This document shows positions 1 to 11,200 of a stretch of DNA of 64,000 bases, piece by piece. Within the stretch, counting starts at the first letter, position 1. Every line of letters starts with the position of its first letter. The stretch is taken from contig JAUCBJ010000688.1 of assembly GCA_032718475.1 (NCBI GenBank), positions 1 to 64,000 on the forward strand, given 5' to 3'. The notes under the pieces were generated by a model that worked only from the letters and a program-made list of their open reading frames with translations, was not told where the DNA came from and did not search any database. This DNA is from Nemertoderma westbladi. Its lineage: Eukaryota > Animalia > Xenacoelomorpha. Both the position numbers and the translations under genes were made by a program.

Positions 1-1781
1 GTTTCTCTAAACTCTTCGTCGTCGTGTTCGGTGTGTAGTGGTGCGGTGTTCCGATGACGTAGATTCTGCGCGATGGGTGAAGCACTAATACCAACTGGCG
101 TGCGATATGTAGAGAACGGTTTAGCGATCCGTGTACTCGTAATAGCTGGACCGGGTATAGGAATTCTGGTCGTCGTCGACTCGCGTATAGTCGGAGTTCT
201 CGCTTCCTGTTCGGCCTTCTGCAGTGCGAACAGTTCTCGCAACTCTGTCCCTACACTCGCCCCACATTCTTCGATCATTCGCATCCCCTTCTCGGCGATT
301 TCATTCGCCTTCCTAGTCCGTTCTTCGCTCTCTAAACTTAATCTCGCACTTTCCAACTGCGCCAGTTTACGTTCTTCTTCTTCCCTCGCTCGTCTCGCTG
401 CGCCCTCTTCTTCCACACGCGCCTTCTCTTCATACAACGCTTGTCGCTCCTTGTCGATCTCGAGTTCGCGTTCCTTGCGTTCGCGTTCAAGTTCGAGCTC
501 ACGTTTCTTCTGTTCGCGTTCGAGCTGGAGTTCGCGTTCCTTCTGCTCGCGTTCAAGTTCGAGTTCGCGTTCCTTGCGCTCGCGTTCAAGTTCGAGTTCA
601 CGTTCCTTCTGCTCGCGTTCCGCTCGCTCACGCTTACCTTTCTCTTCCAACTCTCGCAACTTCGTGTCTAACTTACGTGTTCGTTCCCGTTCCCGCTCGG
701 CTTCCTTCCGTGCTTCCGATGCACGCAAAACTTCCGCCTGCTGTTCGTCCAGTCGGCGTCTTCTCTCCTCCGCCGAGTTGTGCGAAACAAGGGATCTAGC
801 ACATATAACCTTACCTCGCGCGTGACTAACCTGGGAATCGCCGCTGTTTCTGGATGCGTCGTCGGGTGGAGTCAACGTCCTCTGTTGGATGTTCTCCGTC
901 GTCGGTAGCACCTGACCCGGTACCACCACTCCATTCTGCATCAGCCAGCTAGTAACTTCCCTCTGATAACGGCGCTCTTCTTTATCCTGGATCTCTTCTC
1001 GCTCCACTAAGTCTCTTAACTCTGCGTCACTCACTTGAGTCGCCTGCGCTTGTGATGTCCATAGCAGCCAGTTCTCCGTCCTAACTCGTCGGAATCGCTC
1101 CGACAACTCGCGGTGCTCCAACAAGGCTGCTAAAACCCTGTCGTAAATCCTCGTCGCCACGTCGCTCGACTGAGACTCTACTGCCTTCTTCGCTAGGACT
1201 GCAAGCTCCTCCGTCTGCTTGAATAATGCTGAGTTATATCCTCTTCTAATCTCTACTAACTCTACCCTCCCGATGTTGGCTGAGTCAGCTAACATCTTCC
1301 TTACCTTGTCCGCCGTCCGGGTTATATGTCCGGCATGCGCGCGAAGTTTCTTCTTCATCGCAGTGTCGAACTCTCTATCACTTACCTGACTTACGCTCGG
1401 TGGACTTGAAGGGTTATTTCGGGAACTACGGGTACTCCTTACAGCCGTCGGGACCACGGCACTTACCATACCCACAGGTCTGGAAACCGGGCTCCGGGCT
1501 CTCGCTTCTGCTACACTACCCTCCCTATCACTCACCTCTGTCCGGGCTGCCGTACAGTCCTTCCTTACAGTAGCGGTAGGGGATCCTAATACTATTACTT
1601 GAGGTTGTTGTTCTTCCTCACTAGTCACTGTCTCGTCCTCCTGTTCACTTACGTCAGCGTCGCTCGCTGCGTCGTCATAGTCGGCATTGTCGTCAACAGT
1701 AATATTTACGCTATCGTCAGTCGGCGGTCCAGCCGCCGTCTCGTAGCTGTCCTCTAGTGCCTCTTTGTCTGAGACACTCAT
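1..1781 (-). CDS. gag-like ORF of an LTR retrotransposon (>=593 aa, runs off the left edge), with acidic N-terminus and long E/R/K coiled-coil
   Basis: Manual translation from ATG at 1781 (MSVSDKEALEDSYETAAGPP...) stays open to the window edge, so it is absent from the ORF track. It includes KERELELERERKERELELEREQKERELQLERE. It lies downstream of a putative LTR and PBS. The gag identity is inferred from position and composition; no pol domain is visible. Confidence 0.7.
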   Translation of the reverse strand, partial: MSVSDKEALEDSYETAAGPPTDDSVNITVDDNADYDDAASDADVSEQEDETVTSEEEQQPQVIVLGSPTATVRKDCTAARTEVSDREGSVAEARARSPVSRPVGMVSAVVPTAVRSTRSSRNNPSSPPSVSQVSDREFDTAMKKKLRAHAGHITRTADKVRKMLADSANIGRVELVEIRRGYNSALFKQTEELAVLAKKAVESQSSDVATRIYDRVLAALLEHRELSERFRRVRTENWLLWTSQAQATQVSDAELRDLVEREEIQDKEERRYQREVTSWLMQNGVVVPGQVLPTTENIQQRTLTPPDDASRNSGDSQVSHARGKVICARSLVSHNSAEERRRRLDEQQAEVLRASEARKEAERERERTRKLDTKLRELEEKGKRERAEREQKERELELERERKERELELEREQKERELQLEREQKKRELELERERKERELEIDKERQALYEEKARVEEEGAARRAREEEERKLAQLESARLSLESEERTRKANEIAEKGMRMIEECGASVGTELRELFALQKAEQEARTPTIRESTTTRIPIPGPAITSTRIAKPFSTYRTPVGISASPIAQNLRHRNTAPLHTEHDDEEFRE

Positions 1782-4039
1782 AGTCTAAATAATATTTGCC
1801 TTCCGGCAAAAATATCTCGCAAAAATTCGAGATATAATTATAATTTAACCGAAATACGGTCAAATTAATTGTCAAATAATCAGTTGGTCCAAATGTCAAA
1901 ATAAATTCGCAATGCAATATTGTGAATTTAATGGGGTATATAGTTATAGCAAATACTAGCACAATATTTAAACAAAATATTATTATATAGCTATTATATA
2001 GCATTAAATACCGGTATAGCACAAAATAACTTTGAATCTAATACAAAATATTCAAAATATACTTGCCGCCCGAATATTTCTAATTTTATATATATATAGC
2101 TCTAATCAACGTAATTTTAATTTCAAATATTATTATGTATCCACTAGCGCGTGGCTACATCTTCGGGTTGCGACTCTCTAACTCTCTCTCTAACTTGAGC
2201 GATTCAAAAAACCATGGCCGGCTAAACCTAAATATCCTAACTAATAAATTGAGTTCAGCTTCGCAGTTAAACAACCGATAATTTTTTACTGCTTCCACAA
2301 ACACACTGGTGCCAACAGAACAACTAACCTTGTTTGCTGTGAGATTCCACGTCCGCGTCCAAAGATTCAGGCCCTTCGCTGATTGCAAACCGAACCCGCA
2401 GACCCACACGAACCCCAAACTCAGAAGTTCCGTCTTGCCATGTATCTCCAGATGGTATAAAATAACTAAGCGGTTACTTAACATACCGGTACAAAACTCT
2501 AGAATTTTACGAAATAATTTTGACCGAAAACTGAATTCTCGCAAACCTAGCTAAAAATTTCAAAAAACTTACTAATTACAATTTGCCCTAAGGCCTAAGG
2601 AACTGCTGTATTCGCAATTAGCAAAAACGCACTACCGTACATCCACTGTATGCAGTACAGTAAGTAAAACAGTACACCAACCTAACAGCCTAATGATACT
2701 GTGTGTGGTACGGCAAAACAAATGTCCCTTCTACCGTACGCAGTAACAGCAATCAGCCTAATGTACTACTGTACTATCGTACGCAACTAGTGAATACAGT
2801 AATCTAAACTAACAGTAGTCTAAACTAACAGCCTAAGAATACTCTATCTGCCTTACTGTACGCAGTACAGCAAAGCAATAGACGCGTATTACTGATAAAC
2901 AACCGCGACCTCTATACTAACAGCAGAACTGTTGAACAGACAAATACTGGTATACTTCTCTGCCAACCTAATAAGTTCCCGCCTAACCAATAAGACACAA
3001 AGACTGCTCTACTGTTAAGTAAAGGGGATCAGGAGCGTGCTATTACTAAATTGTAAGGGTTGCTAAATACAAAACCGCTACTTACCGTTAGATGGCGCTA
3101 ATCTGCCGTCCACTAATATATTTTACTAATTTTACACAACTCCTGCAAAATCGCTTGTTCCTTTCTCTACCGATTGCTCGATAGAGAGCTAACTGTTCGA
3201 ATCTATGAGCCACGCGGGAATAACCAAAACAATAAACCCGAGTCGGCTCCCTAAGCTTACTTAAGACGAGTGCGAGAGGCCTTGCACTCAGAGTATTCTT
3301 ACGCCTAATTTTATCACTATTAAAGCACGCTATTACCTACGTCTTTCTAATCGCGAATACTGGAGGTTCCCTAACGTAATGTGTGAATGCGAGAATATTT
3401 AAAATATCAAAATGGTACAGTATCTGTTTCTACGTGGATAATACCACCCCGGGTCTAAAACTGCCCGCGACTGGCTTTAGGCCAGCAAAATTACTAGCGT
3501 ATCGTGCGTACCGAATAGTGCGTTCTAGCTGATTGCCCACTAATGCAAATAACCGCTCAGCGTGAATAGTTTACAGTACACTAATTATTACCTTAGCTAC
3601 TCTCCGCTATGCTGCGTACTAATTCTTAATTTTTTACTAATTAATTACAGTCACGAATATTTAACAGCGTACTAATTACTAAGAGTTCCAGAATACGTAA
3701 TTCTAATTTATCACGCAACAGGTTTCGATAGTAATAGCCTAAATTGCCGTATTACTTTGACCTAATCAATAACTAATTATTGTAACTAAGAAATAGAAAT
3801 CAATCAAAAGAAAAGAGCGCCTATCTAAGCATTCGTAATCTTAGGCACACTTCAATAACACACCAATCAGCGTTAGAAATCACAGTTTACAATTGTGCAA
3901 TTCACTACTCGTACTCCACACTCAACGTTGTAATACGCGCAGGCCTCTCCCAGGTACATCTAGGATTCCTAACTAACCCAATTCCTGCCCCCCTAATACC
4001 AAATAGAGACAAAATCTGGATCATCAGCCCCCTAATTAC

Positions 4040-5040
4040 TGTACCGGCGATCGGTCTGCGTGCCGCAGTGCAAGTTACCCGCCCGCAACGGTGACCCTGG
4101 CCAGCGTTGCTCGCTTTGAATCCTCCGCTCTCTCCTAGTCGCTCAACCCCCCGATGCGCCCACCGCCCACTGGCACCTTAGCTCTCCATGATGCTAATAG
4201 CTACCGTAGCGGCGCATGCAAATCACAAAGTCTGACAGTCTCAGAATCCCTTAGGATTATTGCGCAGAAAAGAATCACATAGAACCATTAATCAAAGGTA
4301 GAAATCATAGTTCAATTGTAATTAGCAGCAATCAAAGGAATTATTGAGAAACACAAGCAAGTAATCGCACTAGCAAATCATTTCACGAAATTAATCAAAT
4401 TAGCAAATTGCAGAAAGTATCAAGAAAAAACAGCAAGACAGGTGCTAGGGCTAGGTGTCATGTGATGAGTTGATGAGGCTCTACCGGCACACCGCCAATT
4501 TATAGGTGATCCGGATGGGGTGATGCAATAGGGTGACTCAATCGCTTTCTTATTGGCTCTCCAGTCCGTGCTAGCACTAGACCAACCTGGAAGCAGCTAG
4601 TCCAATAAGGAGGCCGGATTGTAGCCCTATTTGCTCCCCTTCCTCGAATTATTACCATATATGGTAATGGTTCACGTCTCTGGCTGCTGAATGGCCAGGA
4701 CAGCGTCCCTATATGCTAGCCCTACTAAAGCTAATATCAGCAAGCACTGAATCCAGGGTCCGAATAAACTTACCCTGGAACTATCTACATATAACCTAAT
4801 ACAAAATTACGTAGGTAGGGCTACATACTATACAAAATGGATGGTTTCAAATATATGGGCGTTTTGATTTCCCTACCTAAATACCACTGCGTTATTATGC
4901 CTTATCTAAAATATCATGCTGCACAACGGACTAATATTACGTACAGTATAACGGACTAATATTGCATACTGCATAACGGACTAATATTGCATACTGCATA
5001 ACGGACTAATAATGTGGATACAGCGCCATATACCGTAACA
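4040..5040 (-). repeat. putative 5' LTR (~1.0 kb)
   Basis: TG...CA ends with imperfect inverted termini (TGTTACGG / TGTACCGG). Minus-strand TATA (CCTATAAAT, ~4498-4506) and CCAAT (~4552-4556). Internal 25-bp tandem repeat AACGGACTAATATTGCATACTGCAT, ~4 copies at ~4925-5010. The second LTR is outside the window, so the inner boundary is unconfirmed. Confidence 0.55.
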
Positions 5041-5113
5041 AAATGTACTACCGATATGTTTGTTTAGGTAAATGTACAACCGATATGTTTGTTTAGGTAA
5101 ATGTACAACCGAT
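5041..5113 (+). repeat. 29-bp tandem repeat spanning the ACO2 splice acceptor (2.5 copies visible)
   Basis: AAATGTAC(T/A)ACCGATATGTTTGTTTAGGT at 5041-5069 and 5070-5098, then AAATGTACAACCGAT continuing into the exon. Confidence 0.9.
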
Positions 5114-5221
5114 CATATATCAGCTGCTGGGCCTTGGCTGAAATACCGCGGCCATCTGGACAACATATCTAACAACTTCTGTATTGGCGCCATAAATATA
5201 GAGAACGACCAAGCCAACAAG
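5097..5221 (+). CDS. ACO2: mitochondrial aconitate hydratase, penultimate exon
   Basis: Encodes (G)[41 protein letters not shown], the aconitase domain-4 TTDHISAAG motif. Acceptor tttgtttag at 5088-5096; donor AAG|GTTAGT at 5221/5222. Confidence 0.95.
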
Positions 5222-8200
5222 GTTAGTCGAAATACAGAGAACGACCAAGCAAACAAGGTTAGTCGAAATATAGAGAACGACCATGCCAACAAGGTTAGTC
5301 GAAATATAGAGAACGACCATGCCAACAAGGTTAGTCGAAATATAGAGAACGACCAAGCAAACAAGGTTAGTCGAAATATAGAGAACGACCAAGCCAACAA
5401 GGTTAGTCGAAATATAGAGAACGACCAAGCCAACAAGGTTAGTCGAAATATAGAGAACGACCAAGCCAACAAGGTTAGTCGAAATACAGAGAACGACCAA
5501 GCAAACAAGGTTAGTCGAAATATAGAGAACGACCATGCCAACAAGGTTAGTCGAAATATAGAGAACGACCATGCCAACAAGGTTAGTCGAAATATAGAGA
5601 ACGACCAAGCAAACAAGGTTAGTCGAAATATAGAGAACGACCAAGCAAACAAGGTTGGTCGAAATATAGAGAGCGACCAAGCCAACAAGGTTAGTCGAAA
5701 TATAGAGAACGACAAAGCCAACAAGGTTAGTCGAAATATAGAGAACGACCACGCAAACAAGGTTAGTCGAAATATAGAGAACGACCAAGCAAACAAGGTT
5801 AGTCGAAATATAGAGAACGACCAAGCAAACAAGGTTAGTCGAAATATAGAGAACGACCAAGCAAACAAGGTTAGTCGAAATATAGAGAACGACCATGCCA
5901 ACAAGGTTAGTCGAAATATAGAGAACGACCATGCCAACAAGGTTAGTCGAAATATAGAGAACGACCATGGGAACAAGGTTAGTCGAAATATAGAGAACGA
6001 CCAAGCAAACAAGGTTAGTCGAAATATAGAGAACGACCAAGCAAACAAGGTTAGTCGAAATATAGAGAACGACCACGCAAACAAGGTTAGTCGAAATATA
6101 GAGAACGACCAAGCAAACAAGGTTAGTCGAAATATAGAGAACGACCAAGCAAACAAGGTTAGTCGAAATATAGAGAACGACCACGCAAACAAGGTTAGTC
6201 GAAATATAGAGAACGACCAAGCAAACAAGGTTAGTCGAAATATAGAGAACGACCAAGCAAACAAGGTTAGTCGAAATATAGAGAACGACCATGCCAACAA
6301 GGTTAGTCGAAATATAGAGAACGACCATGCCAACAAGGTTAGTCGAAATATAGAGAACGACCATGGGAACAAGGTTAGTCGAAATATAGAGAACGACCAA
6401 GCAAACAAGGTTAGTCGAAATATAGAGAACGACCAAGCAAACAAGGTTAGTCGAAATATAGAGAACGACCACGCAAACAAGGTTAGTCGAAATATAGAGA
6501 ACGACAAAGCCAACAAGGTTAGTCGAAATATAGAGAACGACCAAGCAAACAAGGTTAGTCGAAATATAGAGAACGACCACGCAAACAAGGTTAGTCGAAA
6601 TATAGAGAACGACAAAGCCAACAAGGTTAGTCGAAATATAGAGAACGACCAAGCAAACAAGGTTAGTCGAAATATAGAGAACGACCACGCAAACAAGGTT
6701 AGTCGAAATATAGAGAACGACCAAGCAAACAAGGTTAGTCGAAATATAGAGAACGACCAAGCAAACAAGGTTAGTCGAAATATAGAGAACGACCATGCCA
6801 ACAAGGTTAGTCGAAATATAGAGAACGACCATGCCAACAAGGTTAGTCGAAATATAGAGAACGACCATGGGAACAAGGTTAGTCGAAATATAGAGAACGA
6901 CCAAGCAAACAAGGTTAGTCGAAATATAGAGAACGACCAAGCAAACAAGGTTAGTCGAAATATAGAGAACGACCACGCAAACAAGGTTAGTCGAAATATA
7001 GAGAACGACAAAGCCAACAAGGTTAGTCGAAATATAGAGAACGACCACGCAAACAAGGTTAGTCGAAATATAGAGAACGACCAAGCAAACAAGGTTAGTC
7101 GAAATATAGAGAACGACCAAGCAAACAAGGTTAGTCGAAATATAGAGAACGACCAAGCAAACAAGGTTAGTCGAAATATAGAGAACGACCATGCCAACAA
7201 GGTTAGTCGAAATATAGAGAACGACCATGCCAACAAGGTTAGTCGAAATATAGAGAACGACCATGGGAACAAGGTTAGTCGAAATATAGAGAACGACCAA
7301 GCAAACAAGGTTAGTCGAAATATAGAGAACGACCAAGCAAACAAGGTTAGTCGAAATATAGAGAACGACCAAGCCAACAAGGTTAGTCGAAATATAGAGA
7401 ACGACCAAGCAAACAAGGTTAGTCGAAATATAGAGAACGACCAAGCAAACAAGGTTAGTCGAAATATAGAGAACGACCACGCAAACAAGGTTAGTCGAAA
7501 TATAGAGAACGACCAAGCAAACAAGGTTAGTCGAAATATAGAGAACGACCAAGCAAACAAGGTTAGTCGAAATATAGAGAACGACCAAGCAAACAAGGTT
7601 AGTCGAAATATAGAGAACGACCAAGCAAACAAGGTTGGTCGAAATATAGAGAACGACCAAGCAAACAAGGTTAGTCGAAATATAGAGAACGACCAAGCCA
7701 ACAAGGTTAGTCGAAATATAGAGAACGACCATGCCAACAAGGTTAGTCGAAATATAGAGAACGACCATGCCAACAAGGTTAGTCGAAATATAGAGAACGA
7801 CCACGCAAACAAGGTTAGTCGAAATATAGAGAACGACCAAGCCAACAGGGTTAGTCGAAATATAGAGAACGACCAAGCAAACAAGGTTGGTCGAAATATA
7901 GAGAACGACCAAGCAAACAAGGTTAGTCGAAATATAGAGAACGACCACGCAAACAAGGTTAGTCGAAATATAGAGAACGACCACGCAAACAAGGTTAGTC
8001 GAAATATAGAGAACGACCAAGCCAACAATGTTAGTCGAAATATAGAGAACGACCAAGCCAACAATGTTAGTCGAAATATAGAGAACGACCAAGCCAACAA
8101 TGTTAGTCGAAATATAGAGAACGACCAAGCCAACAGGGTTAGTCGAAATATAGAGAACGACCAAGCAAACAAGGTTAGTCGAAATATAGAGAACGACCAA

Positions 8201-11200
8201 GCCAACAATGTTAGTCGAAATATAGAGAACGACCAAGCCAACAGGGTTAGTCGAAATATAGAGAACGACCAAGCAAACAAGGTTAGTCGAAATATAGAGA
8301 ACGACCAAGCAAACAAGGTTAGTCGAAATATAGAGAACGACCAAGCAAACAAGGTTAGTCGAAATATAGAGAACGACCACGCAAACAAGGTTAGTCGAAA
8401 TATAGAGAACGACCAAGCAAACAAGGTTAGTCGAAATATAGAGAACGACCAAGCAAACAAGGTTAGTCGAAATATAGAGAACGACCAAGCAAACAAGGTT
8501 AGTCGAAATATAGAGAACGACCAAGCAAACAAGGTTGGTCGAAATATAGAGAACGACCAAGCAAACAAGGTTAGTCGAAATATAGAGAACGACCACGCAA
8601 ACAAGGTTAGTCGAAATATAGAGAACGACCACGCAAACAAGGTTAGTCGAAATATAGAGAACGACCAAGCCAACAATGTTAGTCGAAATATAGAGAACGA
8701 CCAAGCCAACAATGTTAGTCGAAATATAGAGAACGACCAAGCCAACAATGTTAGTCGAAATATAGAGAACGACCAAGCCAACAGGGTTAGTCGAAATATA
8801 GAGAACGACCAAGCAAACAAGGTTAGTCGAAATATAGAGAACGACCAAGCCAACAATGTTAGTCGAAATATAGAGAACGACCAAGCCAACAAGGTTAGTC
8901 AAAATATAGAGAACGACCAAGCAAACAAGGTTAGTCGAAATATAGAGAACGACCAAGCCAACAAGGTTAGTCGAAATATAGAGAACGACCAAGCAAACAA
9001 GGTTAGTCGAAATATAGAGAACGACCAAGCAAACAAGGTTAGTCGAAATATAGAGAACGACCAAGCCAACAATGTTAGTCGAAATATAGAGAACGACCAA
9101 GCCAACAATGTTAGTCGAAATATAGAGAACGACCAAGCCAACAATGTTAGTCGAAATATAGAGAACGACCAAGCCAACAGGGTTAGTCGAAATATAGAGA
9201 ACGACCAAGCAAACAAGGTTAGTCGAAATATAGAGAACGACCAAGCCAACAATGTTAGTCGAAATATAGAGAACGACCAAGCCAACAAGGTTAGTCGAAA
9301 TATAGAGAACGACCACGCAAACAAGGTTAGTCGAAATATAGAGAACGACCAAGCAAACAAGGTTGGTCGAAATATAGAGAACGACCAAGCAAACAAGGTT
9401 AGTCGAAATATAGAGAACGACCAAGCAAACAAGGTTAGTCGAAATATAGAGAACGACCAAGCAAACAAGGTTAGTCGAAATATAGAGAACGACCAAGCAA
9501 ACAAGGTTAGTCGAAATATAGAGAACGACCAAGCAAACAAGGTTAGTCGAAATATAGAGAACGACCAAGCCAACAAGGTTAGTCGAAATACAGAGAACGA
9601 CCAAGCAAACAAGGTTAGTCGAAATATAGAGAACGACAAAGCCAACAAGGTTAGTCGAAATATAGAGAACGACCACGCAAACAAGGTTAGTCGAAATATA
9701 GAGAACGACCAAGCAAACAAGGTTAGTCGAAATATAGAGAACGACCAAGCCAACAATGTTAGTCGAAATATAGAGAACGACCAAGCCAACAATGTTAGTC
9801 GAAATATAGAGAACGACCAAGCCAACAATGTTAGTCGAAATATAGAGAACGACCAAGCCAACAGGGTTAGTCGAAATATAGAGAACGACCAAGCAAACAA
9901 GGTTAGTCGAAATATAGAGAACGACCAAGCCAACAATGTTAGTCGAAATATAGAGAACGACCAAGCCAACAAGGTTAGTCGAAATATAGAGAACGACCAC
10001 GCAAACAAGGTTAGTCGAAATATAGAGAACGACCAAGCAAACAAGGTTGGTCGAAATATAGAGAACGACCAAGCAAACAAGGTTAGTCGAAATATAGAGA
10101 ACGACCAAGCAAACAAGGTTAGTCGAAATATAGAGAACGACCAAGCAAACAAGGTTAGTCGAAATATAGAGAACGACCAAGCAAACAAGGTTAGTCGAAA
10201 TATAGAGAACGACCAAGCAAACAAGGTTAGTCGAAATATAGAGAACGACCAAGCCAACAAGGTTAGTCGAAATATAGAGAACGACCAAGCAAACAAGGTT
10301 AGTCGAAATATAGAGAACGACCAAGCCAACAAGGTTAGTCGAAATATAGAGAACGACCAAGCAAACAAGGTTAGTCGAAATATAGAGAACGACCAAGCAA
10401 ACAAGGTTAGTCGAAATATAGAGAACGACCAAGCAAACAAGGTTAGTCGAAATATAGAGAACGACCATGCCAACAAGGTTAGTCGAAATATAGAGAACGA
10501 CCAAGCAAACAAGGTTAGTCGAAATATAGAGAACGACCAAGCAAACAAGGTTAGTCGAAATATAGAGAACGACCAAGCAAACAAGGTTAGTCGAAATATA
10601 GAGAACGACCAAGCAAACAAGGTTAGTCGAAATATAGAGAACGACCAAGCAAACAAGGTTAGTCGAAATATAGAGAACGACCAAGCAAACAAGGTTAGTC
10701 GAAATATAGAGAACGACCAAGCAAACAAGGTTAGTCGAAATATAGAGAACGACCAAGCAAACAAGGTTAGTCGAAATATAGAGAACGACCAAGCCAACAA
10801 GGTTAGTCGAAATATAGAGAACGACCAAGCAAACAAGGTTAGTCGAAATATAGAGAACGACCAAGCCAACAAGGTTAGTCGAAATATAGAGAACGACCAT
10901 GCCAACAAGGTTAGTCGAAATATAGAGAACGACCAAGCAAACAAGGTTAGTCGAAATATAGAGAACGACCAAGCAAACAAGGTTGGTCGAAATATAGAGA
11001 ACGACCAAGCCAACAAGGTTAGTCGAAATATAGAGAACGACCAAGCCAACAAGGTTAGTCGAAATATAGAGAACGACCAAGCAAACAAGGTTAGTCGAAA
11101 TATAGAGAACGACCAAGCAAACAAGGTTAGTCGAAATATAGAGAACGACCAAGCAAACAAGGTTAGTCGAAATATAGAGAACGACCAAGCAAACAAGGTT

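Larger units (their letters stand above)
1..5040 (-). mobile_element. LTR retrotransposon (probably Ty3/Gypsy-like), 5' portion, antisense within an ACO2 intron
   Basis: Begins TGTTACGG at 5040 on the minus strand. Putative LTR end ...CCGGTACA at 4040 is followed by GTAATTAGGGGGCTGATGATCCAGATTT, a loose match to the tRNA-Pro PBS TGGGGGCTCGTCCGGGAT. A ~2.2 kb leader and the gag-like ORF follow. Confidence 0.65.

Noticed and set aside
73-825. Ser/Arg-rich plus-strand ORF
   Set aside because: Antisense shadow of the minus-strand coiled-coil gag-like ORF.
4481-4500. TGGCGGTGTGCCGG as the retroelement PBS
   Set aside because: Not preceded by a CA LTR end and directly follows the TATA box, so it is more likely internal to the LTR.
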